Shown piece after piece: positions 38,369 to 46,581 of a DNA stretch of 64,000 nt (position 1 is its first letter; every line of letters starts with the position of its first letter). The DNA comes from a virus, in the IMG/VR virus record IMGVR_UViG_3300021963_009201, positions 64,001 to 128,000 of that record; one strand, written 5' to 3'. The translations under genes and the position numbers were made by a program. A model generated the notes under the pieces. The model was not told where the DNA came from, did no database searches, and worked only from the letters and a program-made list of their open reading frames with translations.

Positions 38369-39213
38369 TGCCTAGCACTGTTGGAATCGTTGCTTCGGGG
38401 GAGATGTTCCCATTTTTTACTGGAGGCACTGTTACTGTAGTAGGCGGATACCGAGTCCATAGATTTACTACTTCCGGCATAGCAACACTCACTATGGTTT
38501 ACCCTGGTGAAGTTAGTTATTTAGTGGTTGGTGGTGGAGGTGCTGGCGGCTCGAACGTCACAGGCACCTATAGCCGAGTGGGTGCTGGTGGCGGTGGAGC
38601 AGGTGGCCTTCGTACTGGAACCCTGTCGATCACCGGTAATCAGACCATCACGGTCGGCTCGGGTGGTACGGGGGCAAGCGCCGTGTCCGTAGGAGCGAAC
38701 GGAGGTAACTCCTCCATTGGGTCTCTTGTCATAGCCACTGGTGGTGGTGGGGGGGGAGCATCTTCGGTTGGTTCTAACGGAGGATCGGGCGGTGGTGGTG
38801 GTGCGCGGACAAGTGCGTCATTCGCTGGTGGAACCGGTGTCTCCGGTCAGGGATTTGCTGGAGGTACAGGCAACTACACCACGGCTGGCGCGCAACCCGC
38901 TGGTGGTGCTGGCGGTGGCGGAGCAGGCGCAGTCGGAGAATCGGGTATTGGCTCAATGACTGGTGGCGTTGGCCTCAGTATCTCGATTGCCGGAGTGAGT
39001 GAGGACTTTGCTGGTGGAGGCAACGGCGGTACTAATACGAACTCTGGCAACTCTACCAATATCGGATTCGGCGGAGGTCTGAGTGCTGGTGGAACGGGCG
39101 GAACCGCAACGTCAGGTACTGTCAACAAGGGCGCAGGTGGAGGCGGACACGCAGGTGGTGGAACTGCTGGTTCCGGTGGCTCAGGCGTAGTTATTATCTG
39201 GTATAAGATCTAA
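38368..39213 (+). CDS. glycine-rich virion-associated protein
   Basis: GGYRVHRFTTSG, YLVVGGGGAGG, GGGAGG, GGSGVVIIWY pattern typical of phage glycine-rich domains. Confidence 0.8.
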   Translation: MPSTVGIVASGEMFPFFTGGTVTVVGGYRVHRFTTSGIATLTMVYPGEVSYLVVGGGGAGGSNVTGTYSRVGAGGGGAGGLRTGTLSITGNQTITVGSGGTGASAVSVGANGGNSSIGSLVIATGGGGGGASSVGSNGGSGGGGGARTSASFAGGTGVSGQGFAGGTGNYTTAGAQPAGGAGGGGAGAVGESGIGSMTGGVGLSISIAGVSEDFAGGGNGGTNTNSGNSTNIGFGGGLSAGGTGGTATSGTVNKGAGGGGHAGGGTAGSGGSGVVIIWYKI

Positions 39214-39282
39214 GAACGTCCTTTATGAGGGGTTGAACGCGGAAAGTACAAAACTGCGCAAATTTGATTTATACTATAGTAT

Positions 39283-39295
39283 AATTACTAATATG
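39283..39295 (+). promoter_or_regulatory. candidate phage late promoter AATTACTAATATG
   Basis: About 30 nt upstream of the endolysin start, before RBS AGGAG. Confidence 0.5.
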
Positions 39296-39324
39296 GTATA
39301 TAAATAAAAACTAGGAGAAAAATT

Positions 39325-40398
39325 ATGGGTTATTACCTATTGGACAATCCGCCAGCAAGTAGACAATTTTACCCTTCTCGCCAAAATGGTATCAGTGGTG
39401 GGGTTGTAATCCACACGACAGAAGGTTCCGGTGGCTATACGTCGGCAGAAAACACAGCAGGATTTATTTCTAGGCGATCTGACCCTGGTAGCTATCACTG
39501 TATAGTTGATTCAGAACCCAACACTGCAGTACAGATGATGCCAGATGACTATACGGCATTTGGAGTCGCAGCATCGGGATACAATAGCAAATGCTGGATG
39601 ATCGCAATTGCCGCACGTTCATCGGATCTGAACCCAGATAGTCCAGAGACTCAGACAGAGATTGATAACATGGGTCGCGAGATCGCAGCATTTTGGCAGC
39701 GTAATGGCATTAATGTAGCCGAAGCTTCACAGTTTATTGGTGAAGATGTTAAGGATCGACCAGGTCTCGCCCACCATGGCGATGTTCAGCCCTGGGACAG
39801 ATCTGACGCATGGTCCCGCAGGGAAGACCGGTGGGCCTTTGATGCGGCTTTACTACAGGCTATTGAGCGCCACAGTGGCACGGCCCCCATAGCACCTCCT
39901 ACCCCTACTCAGCCCGTCCCTGTGGCCCCGGAGAGCGTCTGGAAGCTCGGCTCCACTGGAGATAAGGTCAAGCAGATACAGGGCATTGTAGGGGTTGCCC
40001 AGGATGGTGTATTTGGCCCAAAGACAGAAGCAGCCGTCCGCCAATGGCAGTCAAATCTTGGCATCGGTGCTGACGGCGTCTGGGGCCCTCAGACTGAGCA
40101 GGCAACACATGATCTATTCGTCTTCCTCGCTAATCTATCAGCAGTAGAACAGACTGCACCGGATAACCCATTTTTTGTGGCTCTTAACAATGCAACTCAG
40201 CAGGTTCTCCGTATGGGGTCAAACGGCGATGCTGTAAAGATCCTTCAAGCCGGACTTAACGGCAAGGGCTATAGGCTCGTTGCTGACGGAGTATTTGGCT
40301 CAAATACGGATGGTGCTGTTAGGCGTTTCCAGGCAGATAGAGGGCTTCAGGCCGATGGTATTGTTGGGCCACGGACCTGGAATGCTCTTTTATCTTAA
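39325..40398 (+). CDS. endolysin: N-acetylmuramoyl-L-alanine amidase + peptidoglycan-binding domains
   Basis: [21 protein letters not shown]...D amidase_2 motifs; C-terminal repeats [34 protein letters not shown]. Confidence 0.9.
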   Translation: MGYYLLDNPPASRQFYPSRQNGISGGVVIHTTEGSGGYTSAENTAGFISRRSDPGSYHCIVDSEPNTAVQMMPDDYTAFGVAASGYNSKCWMIAIAARSSDLNPDSPETQTEIDNMGREIAAFWQRNGINVAEASQFIGEDVKDRPGLAHHGDVQPWDRSDAWSRREDRWAFDAALLQAIERHSGTAPIAPPTPTQPVPVAPESVWKLGSTGDKVKQIQGIVGVAQDGVFGPKTEAAVRQWQSNLGIGADGVWGPQTEQATHDLFVFLANLSAVEQTAPDNPFFVALNNATQQVLRMGSNGDAVKILQAGLNGKGYRLVADGVFGSNTDGAVRRFQADRGLQADGIVGPRTWNALLS

Positions 40399-40437
40399 GA
40401 AATAGTTTTTAACAACTATAATTTAGCTTGGACATAC

Positions 40438-40469
40438 AATAGGACCCCACTAGGGGTCCTATTTTTTTT
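40438..40469 (+). terminator. intrinsic terminator after the endolysin
   Basis: AATAGGACCCC-ACTA-GGGGTCCTATT followed by a T run. Confidence 0.85.
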
Positions 40470-40496
40470 GTATTCTTGTTCTTCATAAATATAAGT

Positions 40497-40508
40497 TATT
40501 ACTAATAC
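40497..40508 (+). promoter_or_regulatory. candidate phage late promoter TATTACTAATAC
   Basis: Lies between the terminator and gene 40543. Confidence 0.45.
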
Positions 40509-40542
40509 TTATGTTGTCCGTCCACCACGTAAAGGGTACTCG

Positions 40543-40980
40543 ATGCTATTGACTATACTGGCAGAACTCCCTCAATGGCTAAACAATTTAGCCACAGATT
40601 TAGGGACTTTATGGCCTATCGTGCTTTTTGTAGGTGCGGCGTACGGCTTAATAAAATGGATCACTAGAAAATTCCAGCAAGAAGTAAAAGAGCTTATCAT
40701 AGGAGAGGTGGAACCTATTAAGGCAGAGTTCAAAAACAATGGTGGATCATCCTTCAAGGATTCTGTAGACAGAATAGAAGAAGGCTATAAGAGCGTCAGA
40801 ACAGATTTAGATCATATGAAGTCCGACATTGATTGCATAAGAGCGGATATATTGTCTATAGCAAAAAAGTCCCAAGACGATCATAGAGCCCTGAGGGATA
40901 TGATCAAAAGTCTTGAGACTAAAAATGACAATATGTGGCAAGAAATTCAAAAAGTCAAGCCTAAAAAAACAGACTTTTAG
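40543..40980 (+). CDS. membrane-anchored coiled-coil protein (lysis-associated, holin/spanin-like)
   Basis: One TM helix (LWPIVLFVGAAYGLIKWI), NGGSSFKD motif, coiled-coil tail; follows the endolysin. Confidence 0.6.
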   Translation: MLLTILAELPQWLNNLATDLGTLWPIVLFVGAAYGLIKWITRKFQQEVKELIIGEVEPIKAEFKNNGGSSFKDSVDRIEEGYKSVRTDLDHMKSDIDCIRADILSIAKKSQDDHRALRDMIKSLETKNDNMWQEIQKVKPKKTDF

Positions 40981-41303
40981 GCGCGACCTTCATTCTGCGC
41001 ATCTTTAATTAAAGAGTATCTTTGAAAGGTCTCGCTAGACGTAAGTGCAAACCCAATCTCTGCAGCTTTTGTTATTGCTGCGTGCAGGGAGTCTAGATCT
41101 TGCATTGATTCACCGTTTAATGGTAGTGCGAGGCCAGAATATACGTCGATATTTTCAAAATTGCCAATGTTTGCCTTCCTATTAACTCCGCAGATAAAAA
41201 CCGGAACTGTTGTAACAGCAATACTTGACAGAGTTTGCTCAATGGCTTCTTCAATTGGGGAGTTGTTAGTCTGGTCTTTTGCAGTTTTTGATATATTAGG
41301 CAT
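40977..41303 (-). CDS. hypothetical protein
   Basis: Last gene of the - strand region; stop overlaps the convergent gene. Confidence 0.65.
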   Translation of the reverse strand: MPNISKTAKDQTNNSPIEEAIEQTLSSIAVTTVPVFICGVNRKANIGNFENIDVYSGLALPLNGESMQDLDSLHAAITKAAEIGFALTSSETFQRYSLIKDAQNEGRA

Positions 41304-42084
41304 GAATGCGGCTTATCTCTTTCTTTATCGTGTTTAATGAAACTTCAGCTTGTTGTTCTATAGACATATTATCAGTATCTATAATCGAATCTATAATTTC
41401 TTCTCTAATTAATTCAACTTGTTCCGATTTATGGTTAAGTTCACTATCTGGCATTGTGTAGCCGTCACGTTTATTTAGGCGTTCAAGCCTGACTTCTGGT
41501 GAAGCATCAAATCTAATTAATATTCCACCAGGCAGTGATTTTATCATCTCTGCCTCATTTTCGTAGCGCACATCCGAGATTAGGCATACATATCTATCGA
41601 TTGTTTCATTTTCCTCATCAGGATCAGAGAGGAGTGTAGCAGATCTTTGGTAGGCTTTACGTTTCGCCCATTGGGTAAAACAGTTTTCATACTGCTCTCT
41701 GCAGATTTCGCCAGCTTTTTGTAAAAAGGCCCTTGGTTTAACATCGTCGTTAATGGGCATTGGGAGTGATGCTATGTCTTTAGTCGTTTTTATAAATTGA
41801 TCATATGACGGAGCACCATAAAGTGGACTACCACCAAAAAGGTCAAATAGCACTTCGTGGAGCTGAAAAAGAATTCTATCTTCTTCTTTCTCTCCCTTAG
41901 TCATCCTCTTGATAGAAGCCATTTCGTAAAGCGGCATTGCGAAAAAACTGTGATCCCAAACTACTCCATTATGGTGGTCGAACTTGATAGTGTGAGATGG
42001 TACTATAGCATTAGCTACGCTAGTCTTACCCGTTCCTGCCCTGCCGCAAAGTCCTATTATAATTGGGAATTTATCTTTATCCAT
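41296..42084 (-). CDS. deoxynucleoside monophosphate kinase
   Basis: IIGLCGRAGTGKT, FAMPLYE, RAFLQKAG, ISDVRYENE, HKSE. Confidence 0.85.
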   Translation of the reverse strand: MDKDKFPIIIGLCGRAGTGKTSVANAIVPSHTIKFDHHNGVVWDHSFFAMPLYEMASIKRMTKGEKEEDRILFQLHEVLFDLFGGSPLYGAPSYDQFIKTTKDIASLPMPINDDVKPRAFLQKAGEICREQYENCFTQWAKRKAYQRSATLLSDPDEENETIDRYVCLISDVRYENEAEMIKSLPGGILIRFDASPEVRLERLNKRDGYTMPDSELNHKSEQVELIREEIIDSIIDTDNMSIEQQAEVSLNTIKKEISRIHA

Positions 42085-42130
42085 GAGATGTGTTGTGACA
42101 CTCCTGTAGAGCTTATATTGTAGATGAGCT

Positions 42131-42160
42131 ATTATACAGGAGTGCCTTTCCTTAAATCAA
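42131..42160 (-). promoter_or_regulatory. sigmaA-type promoter TTGATT-18-TATAAT for the dNMP kinase
   Basis: -35 at 42160-42155, -10 at 42136-42131; overlapped by an inverted repeat CACTCCTGTA...TACAGGAGTG (42099-42144). Confidence 0.5.
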
Positions 42161-42161
42161 G

Positions 42162-42275
42162 TTACTTATTTTTACTACTTCTTCTTTTAGCGTAGTAATG
42201 AATCCCTACAAGTACGGCTCCACCTATTATCAAAGCTATTGCTTGGGTAATTTTTGTTCTTACGAATATCTTCAT
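42162..42275 (-). CDS. 37-aa single-pass membrane microprotein
   Basis: Hand-translated MKIFVRTKITQAIALIIGGAVLVGIHYYAKRRSSKNK: hydrophobic core with basic tail. Confidence 0.45.
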   Translation of the reverse strand: MKIFVRTKITQAIALIIGGAVLVGIHYYAKRRSSKNK

Positions 42276-42440
42276 AGTAACACATGCGCATATGGCTATC
42301 TAACCAAACGCGCGTTCGCAACCATTCCGCTACCGCACTGCCACCAAGCTGTAATCTAAGGCCTTAAATAAAAATCCTACTGCCTTTATAAAAAAAGCGT
42401 GTGATCTAAGGCTCTAGTCAAAAAAGCTTAAAAGAAAAAG

Positions 42441-42704
42441 CTATTCAGCAGATTTTAGATCACGCTCTACGCGGCTTTGCGCGCGCCATCGCACCATATT
42501 ATAGAAATTCATAGTCCACCACATAAAAGACATGGCTATGAATCCAGGTTTTGAGTAAAAGTACGAATATGCGAACCAAGGGATAGAGTGTAGGAGCACT
42601 ATCAGCCAACCCCACCACTGCTTGCGACCAACAAAAAACGTACCTGTTATCCCCATGATTTCAAAACAAAACAGTACCCAGGTCCAGGTTACTTCCGCAT
42701 CCAT
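42441..42704 (-). CDS. PnuC-like small membrane protein
   Basis: WTWVLF...GTFFVGRKQWWGW...WFAYS...G...NMVRW pattern; three TM helices. Confidence 0.55.
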   Translation of the reverse strand: MDAEVTWTWVLFCFEIMGITGTFFVGRKQWWGWLIVLLHSIPWFAYSYFYSKPGFIAMSFMWWTMNFYNMVRWRAQSRVERDLKSAE

Positions 42705-42834
42705 TGAATTTAGACCTCTAATCATAAGTGATAGCAAGATTATATATTACTATCATATATGCATATACTGCGCATTTCAAGTTCCGCTACCTGGAGCGAC
42801 CATGGTAAAAGCCCTAGTTTTTCTGGGGCCTTTA

Positions 42835-43125
42835 CTATTGTTCGTCTGGTTCGTAAAACTCATATTCCTCATCGGTATACGGGTTATACCCATAGTCTTC
42901 CCCCATGACGATCATTGAGCCTTGAAGATAGTCTATAACTTCTTGTCCGGCATTCGGATCCCGCAAAAGATGCTCTTCTGAAACTTGCTCGATAATCCAA
43001 CTTGAGCAGATAGAGCTGGGTGAAGCCGGGTCAGATGCTTCAAAGATCAGATCCGTTAACTTAAGGCCATCCCAGTCTTGCTTAGAATAAACTACTATTG
43101 TCGACTTATAGTATTCTTCCATCAC
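42835..43125 (-). CDS. hypothetical acidic protein
   Basis: ORF with GGAGAGG RBS. Confidence 0.6.
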   Translation of the reverse strand: MMEEYYKSTIVVYSKQDWDGLKLTDLIFEASDPASPSSICSSWIIEQVSEEHLLRDPNAGQEVIDYLQGSMIVMGEDYGYNPYTDEEYEFYEPDEQ

Positions 43126-43131
43126 CTCTCC

Positions 43132-43902
43132 TTATAGCCAAGTCATATTATAGGCTGAAGGATTGCTAGTTGCAACCTTATTTTCTATAGAGACTTCTAT
43201 TTCGGTTTTCTGCTCTTCAAGCTCTATGTAGGACAGTTTAAGGTCACATAATTCATTGAGCCTTTGAGATAAATCGTCGGAAAGTTTTTTGGATCTTTTA
43301 CGAAGCTCTTTAACTTCTTCTATTAGTTCGTTCGGTATCCCAATTTGAAGCTCTTTTTGAAGGTGATCGATTTCGTCAAAGCACTCAAGAAGCCTCTTCT
43401 TTAATTGGGCGTTTTCTATTAAAACGTTAGAACCCTTAGGAGCGTCTACTTTAACAACCCCAACCGGCCTAACGGCCGTATAGCCACGTTCAAGGGAGGC
43501 ATTAAGGTAGCCCTCCTCAATAATGCCGGCAGAACTTAACGCTTTAAGTATTCTTGTGTACTGCGTCCAGGTAATTTCTTTTTCAATATACAGATGGTAA
43601 TGACCAAGTTGCGAAGACGGATAAACCGCTATTGGTATGTCAATATCTATAACTGGGGCATGTTTTCCGTTATCACACTTAGAAGAGATAAGATTAGAAA
43701 CTTCAGGCTCTGCCTCTACAGTGATTTGCTGGAATCCTTGAGAATTTGGAATAACTACATACTCTCCATTAACTATAGCAAAAGAATCCTGAAACTCTTG
43801 CTTAGTTAAGTCGACTTGAGAGGAGTGCAGAAATATGCGCTTTGGGGTGAGTTTTTTCTTAGCTGGTTTAGGTAATTTAAATTTTGGCATTGTGGGACTC
43901 AA
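43132..43902 (-). CDS. hypothetical protein with DxD and GHxH motifs plus coiled coil
   Basis: HAPVIDIDIP, PSSQLGHYHLYI, GIIEEGY...RGYTAVR. Confidence 0.65.
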   Translation of the reverse strand: MSPTMPKFKLPKPAKKKLTPKRIFLHSSQVDLTKQEFQDSFAIVNGEYVVIPNSQGFQQITVEAEPEVSNLISSKCDNGKHAPVIDIDIPIAVYPSSQLGHYHLYIEKEITWTQYTRILKALSSAGIIEEGYLNASLERGYTAVRPVGVVKVDAPKGSNVLIENAQLKKRLLECFDEIDHLQKELQIGIPNELIEEVKELRKRSKKLSDDLSQRLNELCDLKLSYIELEEQKTEIEVSIENKVATSNPSAYNMTWL

Positions 43903-44237
43903 TTTGGGAATAGTAAAGCATCATCAAGACTTTGATATATATAATCGTGATAATCCGGATTAACAAGGTGAACGTATAATCCGCCAAGTATAAAAGCGCT
44001 ATACGAGTTATCATTAGTATCATGTGCTTTCATGGCGTAACCTACACCATCAAAAGTCTTTAATTGTTGTTTTTCAGATATTTTTAAAAATTTAATATCA
44101 AAAACAATATCATGTAGACATAAATCATCTACAACTTTTTCTGTAATTGCGTTGCAATCTTGTAGTTCTAAAAGGAATGATCGCGACGGTATCAAAGAGC
44201 TTGCGTCTTGATCTAGACTATCTCTAAAAAAGTGCAT
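43899..44237 (-). CDS. hypothetical protein
   Basis: Start moved to ATG 44237 (MHFFRDSL); the ORF-track extension runs through a terminator hairpin. Confidence 0.5.
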   Translation of the reverse strand: MHFFRDSLDQDASSLIPSRSFLLELQDCNAITEKVVDDLCLHDIVFDIKFLKISEKQQLKTFDGVGYAMKAHDTNDNSYSAFILGGLYVHLVNPDYHDYIYQSLDDALLFPN

Positions 44238-44249
44238 ATTTCTCCAAGT

Positions 44250-44285
44250 AAAAGAGTCGGCGCCCCCAACACTAGGCGCCGACTC
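44250..44285 (-). terminator. intrinsic terminator
   Basis: GAGTCGGCGCC-10 nt-GGCGCCGACTC followed by TTTT on the - strand. Confidence 0.7.
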
Positions 44286-44319
44286 GCCCTTTGCCCTACC
44301 ACACAAGCGCAAAGGTTAG

Positions 44320-44359
44320 TGGCCTTTCGGGAATCGAACCCGAACTAGTCCGTAAGGCC
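44320..44359 (-). ncRNA. tRNA-like minihelix (acceptor stem + T arm only), possible tRNA deletion remnant
   Basis: GGCCTT-ACGGACTAGT-TCGGG-TTCGATT-CCCGA-AAGGCC-A; no D or anticodon arm. Confidence 0.5.
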
Positions 44360-44571
44360 TATTTCCAGTCCATAATGGGAATAGATTTTTCTATCTTATT
44401 CCAAAGTTTTTTAGAGACAATATACCTCTCGTCATTATGGGGTACTGGCGTATCGCTTTCGCAAGCATGTCTCATTTTATGAAAAAATTCTACTATAGCG
44501 GCATTTAAGTAACATGCTTCCATGTAGGTTAGGTTGAATACGAATTTATTCTCACCCTCAAATTTTTCCAC
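44359..44571 (-). CDS. hypothetical protein
   Basis: ORF track; stop codon abuts the minihelix. Confidence 0.5.
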   Translation of the reverse strand: MEKFEGENKFVFNLTYMEACYLNAAIVEFFHKMRHACESDTPVPHNDERYIVSKKLWNKIEKSIPIMDWK

Positions 44572-44573
44572 GT

Positions 44574-44801
44574 TTAGTCCTGATCGTTTTGGGGTGGATT
44601 TATTTTGTATTCGTAATCAAGAGCTGCGTCTTTGTTAATGAAAAGCATTTCCTTGTACTGCCAGGCAAACCCCCTCTTGGGGAGTATGCTTCCGGTTTCA
44701 GTACAGTACTGGGGTGTTTCACCCATATTTATTATCTTTATGGCAGTGCCTATATCTGTTTTTCTGGTTGTTGTAGTTTTACCGCTTCTACCTTTGCCCA
44801 T
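44574..44801 (-). CDS. hypothetical protein
   Basis: ORF track; RBS GAAAGG. Confidence 0.55.
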   Translation of the reverse strand: MGKGRSGKTTTTRKTDIGTAIKIINMGETPQYCTETGSILPKRGFAWQYKEMLFINKDAALDYEYKINPPQNDQD

Positions 44802-44955
44802 TTTTTACCTTTCTTTGAGTACCCCTGGAAGGATTTGCACCTTCTTCTCTAACAAGGTTAGTGTTTTACTTACGTAAACTAAAGGGGTCCGATGCGGTTA
44901 GAGCCCACATCTATTTATTAAATTATATTTAGTTTTCAACCATTAAGGTTGTCTG

Positions 44956-45126
44956 TCATATGTCCGGACATATGGCTTTAATTTCTCTAACTTGTTTTTC
45001 GGACATATTAAAGAGCTTAGATAAATCTTTTGTTGATTTGTTCTTGAGAAGATTCATGACTATTGATTCGAGCAGCTTCACTCGACGAAGTAAATCCTGC
45101 TCTTTAATTTCGTCATAGTGGTTCAT
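44956..45126 (-). CDS. small HTH-like protein (56 aa)
   Basis: Hand-translated MNHYDEIKEQDLLRRVKLLESIVMNLLKNKSTKDLSKLFNMSEKQVREIKAICPDI; ATGA coupling. Confidence 0.5.
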   Translation of the reverse strand: MNHYDEIKEQDLLRRVKLLESIVMNLLKNKSTKDLSKLFNMSEKQVREIKAICPDI

Positions 45127-45554
45127 GCTTCCCTCTTTGCCATTTTTCTTTCAAAATCTTTACGTTTTTTAGCGTAACTGTTGGGATTCATGCTTTTATA
45201 AGCCCCCCAGCATCCATCGCAGTCTTGTTGGGGCGCTCTAACAGCGCCATAATAGGGGTGTTTTTTACAAAGGTTCAGTTTAATTTTAACTGGGTTTTTT
45301 GGGTTCTTTGAGGTCCTTTTTCTAACTGCAGACTCTTTACTGTCTCCAGCAATAGCTTCCTGAGGGACCCCAATGGAAGATGCTACGACCGTGTCCGCGG
45401 CGCTATGCAGGGCATCATGTATCCGGGTTATCGTTTCAACTTGATCTAAATCAAAAGTTGCAATATTATTCTTTATTTTATTGACAGCACGGTCAAACAT
45501 CTTAGTGAGAAATTCGATGTCTTCTTTACGTTCTAACCTAAAATATTTAGCCAT
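45123..45554 (-). CDS. hypothetical protein with C-terminal Cys/His cluster
   Basis: LCKKHP...CDGCW. Confidence 0.65.
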   Translation of the reverse strand: MAKYFRLERKEDIEFLTKMFDRAVNKIKNNIATFDLDQVETITRIHDALHSAADTVVASSIGVPQEAIAGDSKESAVRKRTSKNPKNPVKIKLNLCKKHPYYGAVRAPQQDCDGCWGAYKSMNPNSYAKKRKDFERKMAKREA

Positions 45555-45738
45555 TACTGTTCACCCTATAGGTATATCGATCTCCAAACACTTTTTCAGC
45601 AATGTCTCTTACCTGCTTTGTTGAGCAGGAAGATGTGCTGGCATAGTTTCGGCTATAGCTCTTACCAAGACGTTTATCGTCTTTATATTCTATATAGTTA
45701 AAAGAACTACTTCGTCTTTTTTTATTTCTTCTTCCCAT
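45547..45738 (-). CDS. small basic hypothetical protein
   Basis: Coupled ORF directly after the tRNA. Confidence 0.5.
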   Translation of the reverse strand: MGRRNKKRRSSSFNYIEYKDDKRLGKSYSRNYASTSSCSTKQVRDIAEKVFGDRYTYRVNSNG

Positions 45739-45749
45739 TTTTCACCTTG

Positions 45750-45824
45750 CGCCCCCTGAGGGACTCGAACCCCCGACCTAGCGGGTAGAAACCGCTTGCT
45801 CTAATCCGGCTGAGCTAAAGGGGC
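45750..45824 (-). tRNA. tRNA-Arg(UCU)
   Basis: Full cloverleaf GCCCCTT-TA-GCTC-AGCCGGATTA-GAGC-A-AGCGG-TT[TCT]AC-CCGCT-AGGTC-GGGGG-TTCGAGT-CCCTC-AGGGGGC-G; CCA not encoded (CAA follows). Confidence 0.93.
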
Positions 45825-46243
45825 ATGTTTAGTATTAGTTTATTAAAATCTTCTGGTTTAATAATATCAAAAAATTTAACTGTTTCTTTATCAATCCACA
45901 AATGAATAGTTAATTTACTATCCTTAAACTGATCGAGGCATACACCACCATTATAGTACGCAAGTACCGTACTATTGATATTATTAAATGGTTGAAAATA
46001 CCTTACAATGTGCAGTGGCGAAGAAGAATACATATTAGTCGAAAAAACTTTTAGAAACGCAAAGTTATTTATATATATTTCGGTTAATTGTTTGACATAT
46101 TCATTTTCTATAGGGCCGCTGTAGTGGTAAAACCTATTTTCGGAATCAACGACATAATACAAACCAAGCAAGAACGAGCTTTCTTCGTCGTCCATAGTGC
46201 TTTCGGAGGTTATTATGTCGCTGATTCTTACTTGGTTTTTCAT
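45815..46243 (-). CDS. hypothetical protein
   Basis: ORF track; last codons overlap the tRNA 5' end. Confidence 0.55.
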   Translation of the reverse strand: MKNQVRISDIITSESTMDDEESSFLLGLYYVVDSENRFYHYSGPIENEYVKQLTEIYINNFAFLKVFSTNMYSSSPLHIVRYFQPFNNINSTVLAYYNGGVCLDQFKDSKLTIHLWIDKETVKFFDIIKPEDFNKLILNMPL

Positions 46244-46581
46244 GACGCGGAAAAATTACTCTTTGCTCTTAAAGTCTTGACAAAACGAATTCGTTCCTCA
46301 ACGGAGGCCTTAAAGCGTAAAGCGGTAATCCTCCATTTATCTTCTTCGGCTTTAAAACTGTACCACATATTATTATTCCATTGTGGCCCAAGTTCTGCTT
46401 TTTTCTCGGAAAATCTACCTTTTTGTGCGGCAAGCTGTATTTCTACGTCTCTTAACAGAACGTTTAATTCATCCAACCACATTCGGTAATCCTTCGAAAG
46501 TATGTCAATAAATTCGTCGGTTTCTTTCCTTACATCTTTTGCAACTAAGTTTTTAAATTTTTCTGTTGACATTTCGACCAT
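46240..46581 (-). CDS. hypothetical coiled-coil protein
   Basis: Coupled ORF. Confidence 0.65.
   Translation of the reverse strand: MVEMSTEKFKNLVAKDVRKETDEFIDILSKDYRMWLDELNVLLRDVEIQLAAQKGRFSEKKAELGPQWNNNMWYSFKAEEDKWRITALRFKASVEERIRFVKTLRAKSNFSAS

Noticed and set aside
37694-39213. Diversity-generating retroelement suggested by the Mtd-N-like domain of the fibre gene
   Set aside because: No reverse transcriptase and no template/variable repeat pair differing at adenines is visible in the window.
42310-42342. Leu/Ser-tRNA-like 5' fragment (GGCAGTGCGGTAGCGGAATGGTTGCGAACGCGC, - strand), possibly a split tRNA with the 44320 minihelix
   Set aside because: Only a D-arm-like part is present. No anticodon or T arm follows, and its 5' end cannot pair with the minihelix 3' strand, which is already self-paired.
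45750-45824. Prophage integration site at the tRNA
   Set aside because: No integrase or duplicated tRNA 3' end is present, and phage-type genes continue on both sides.
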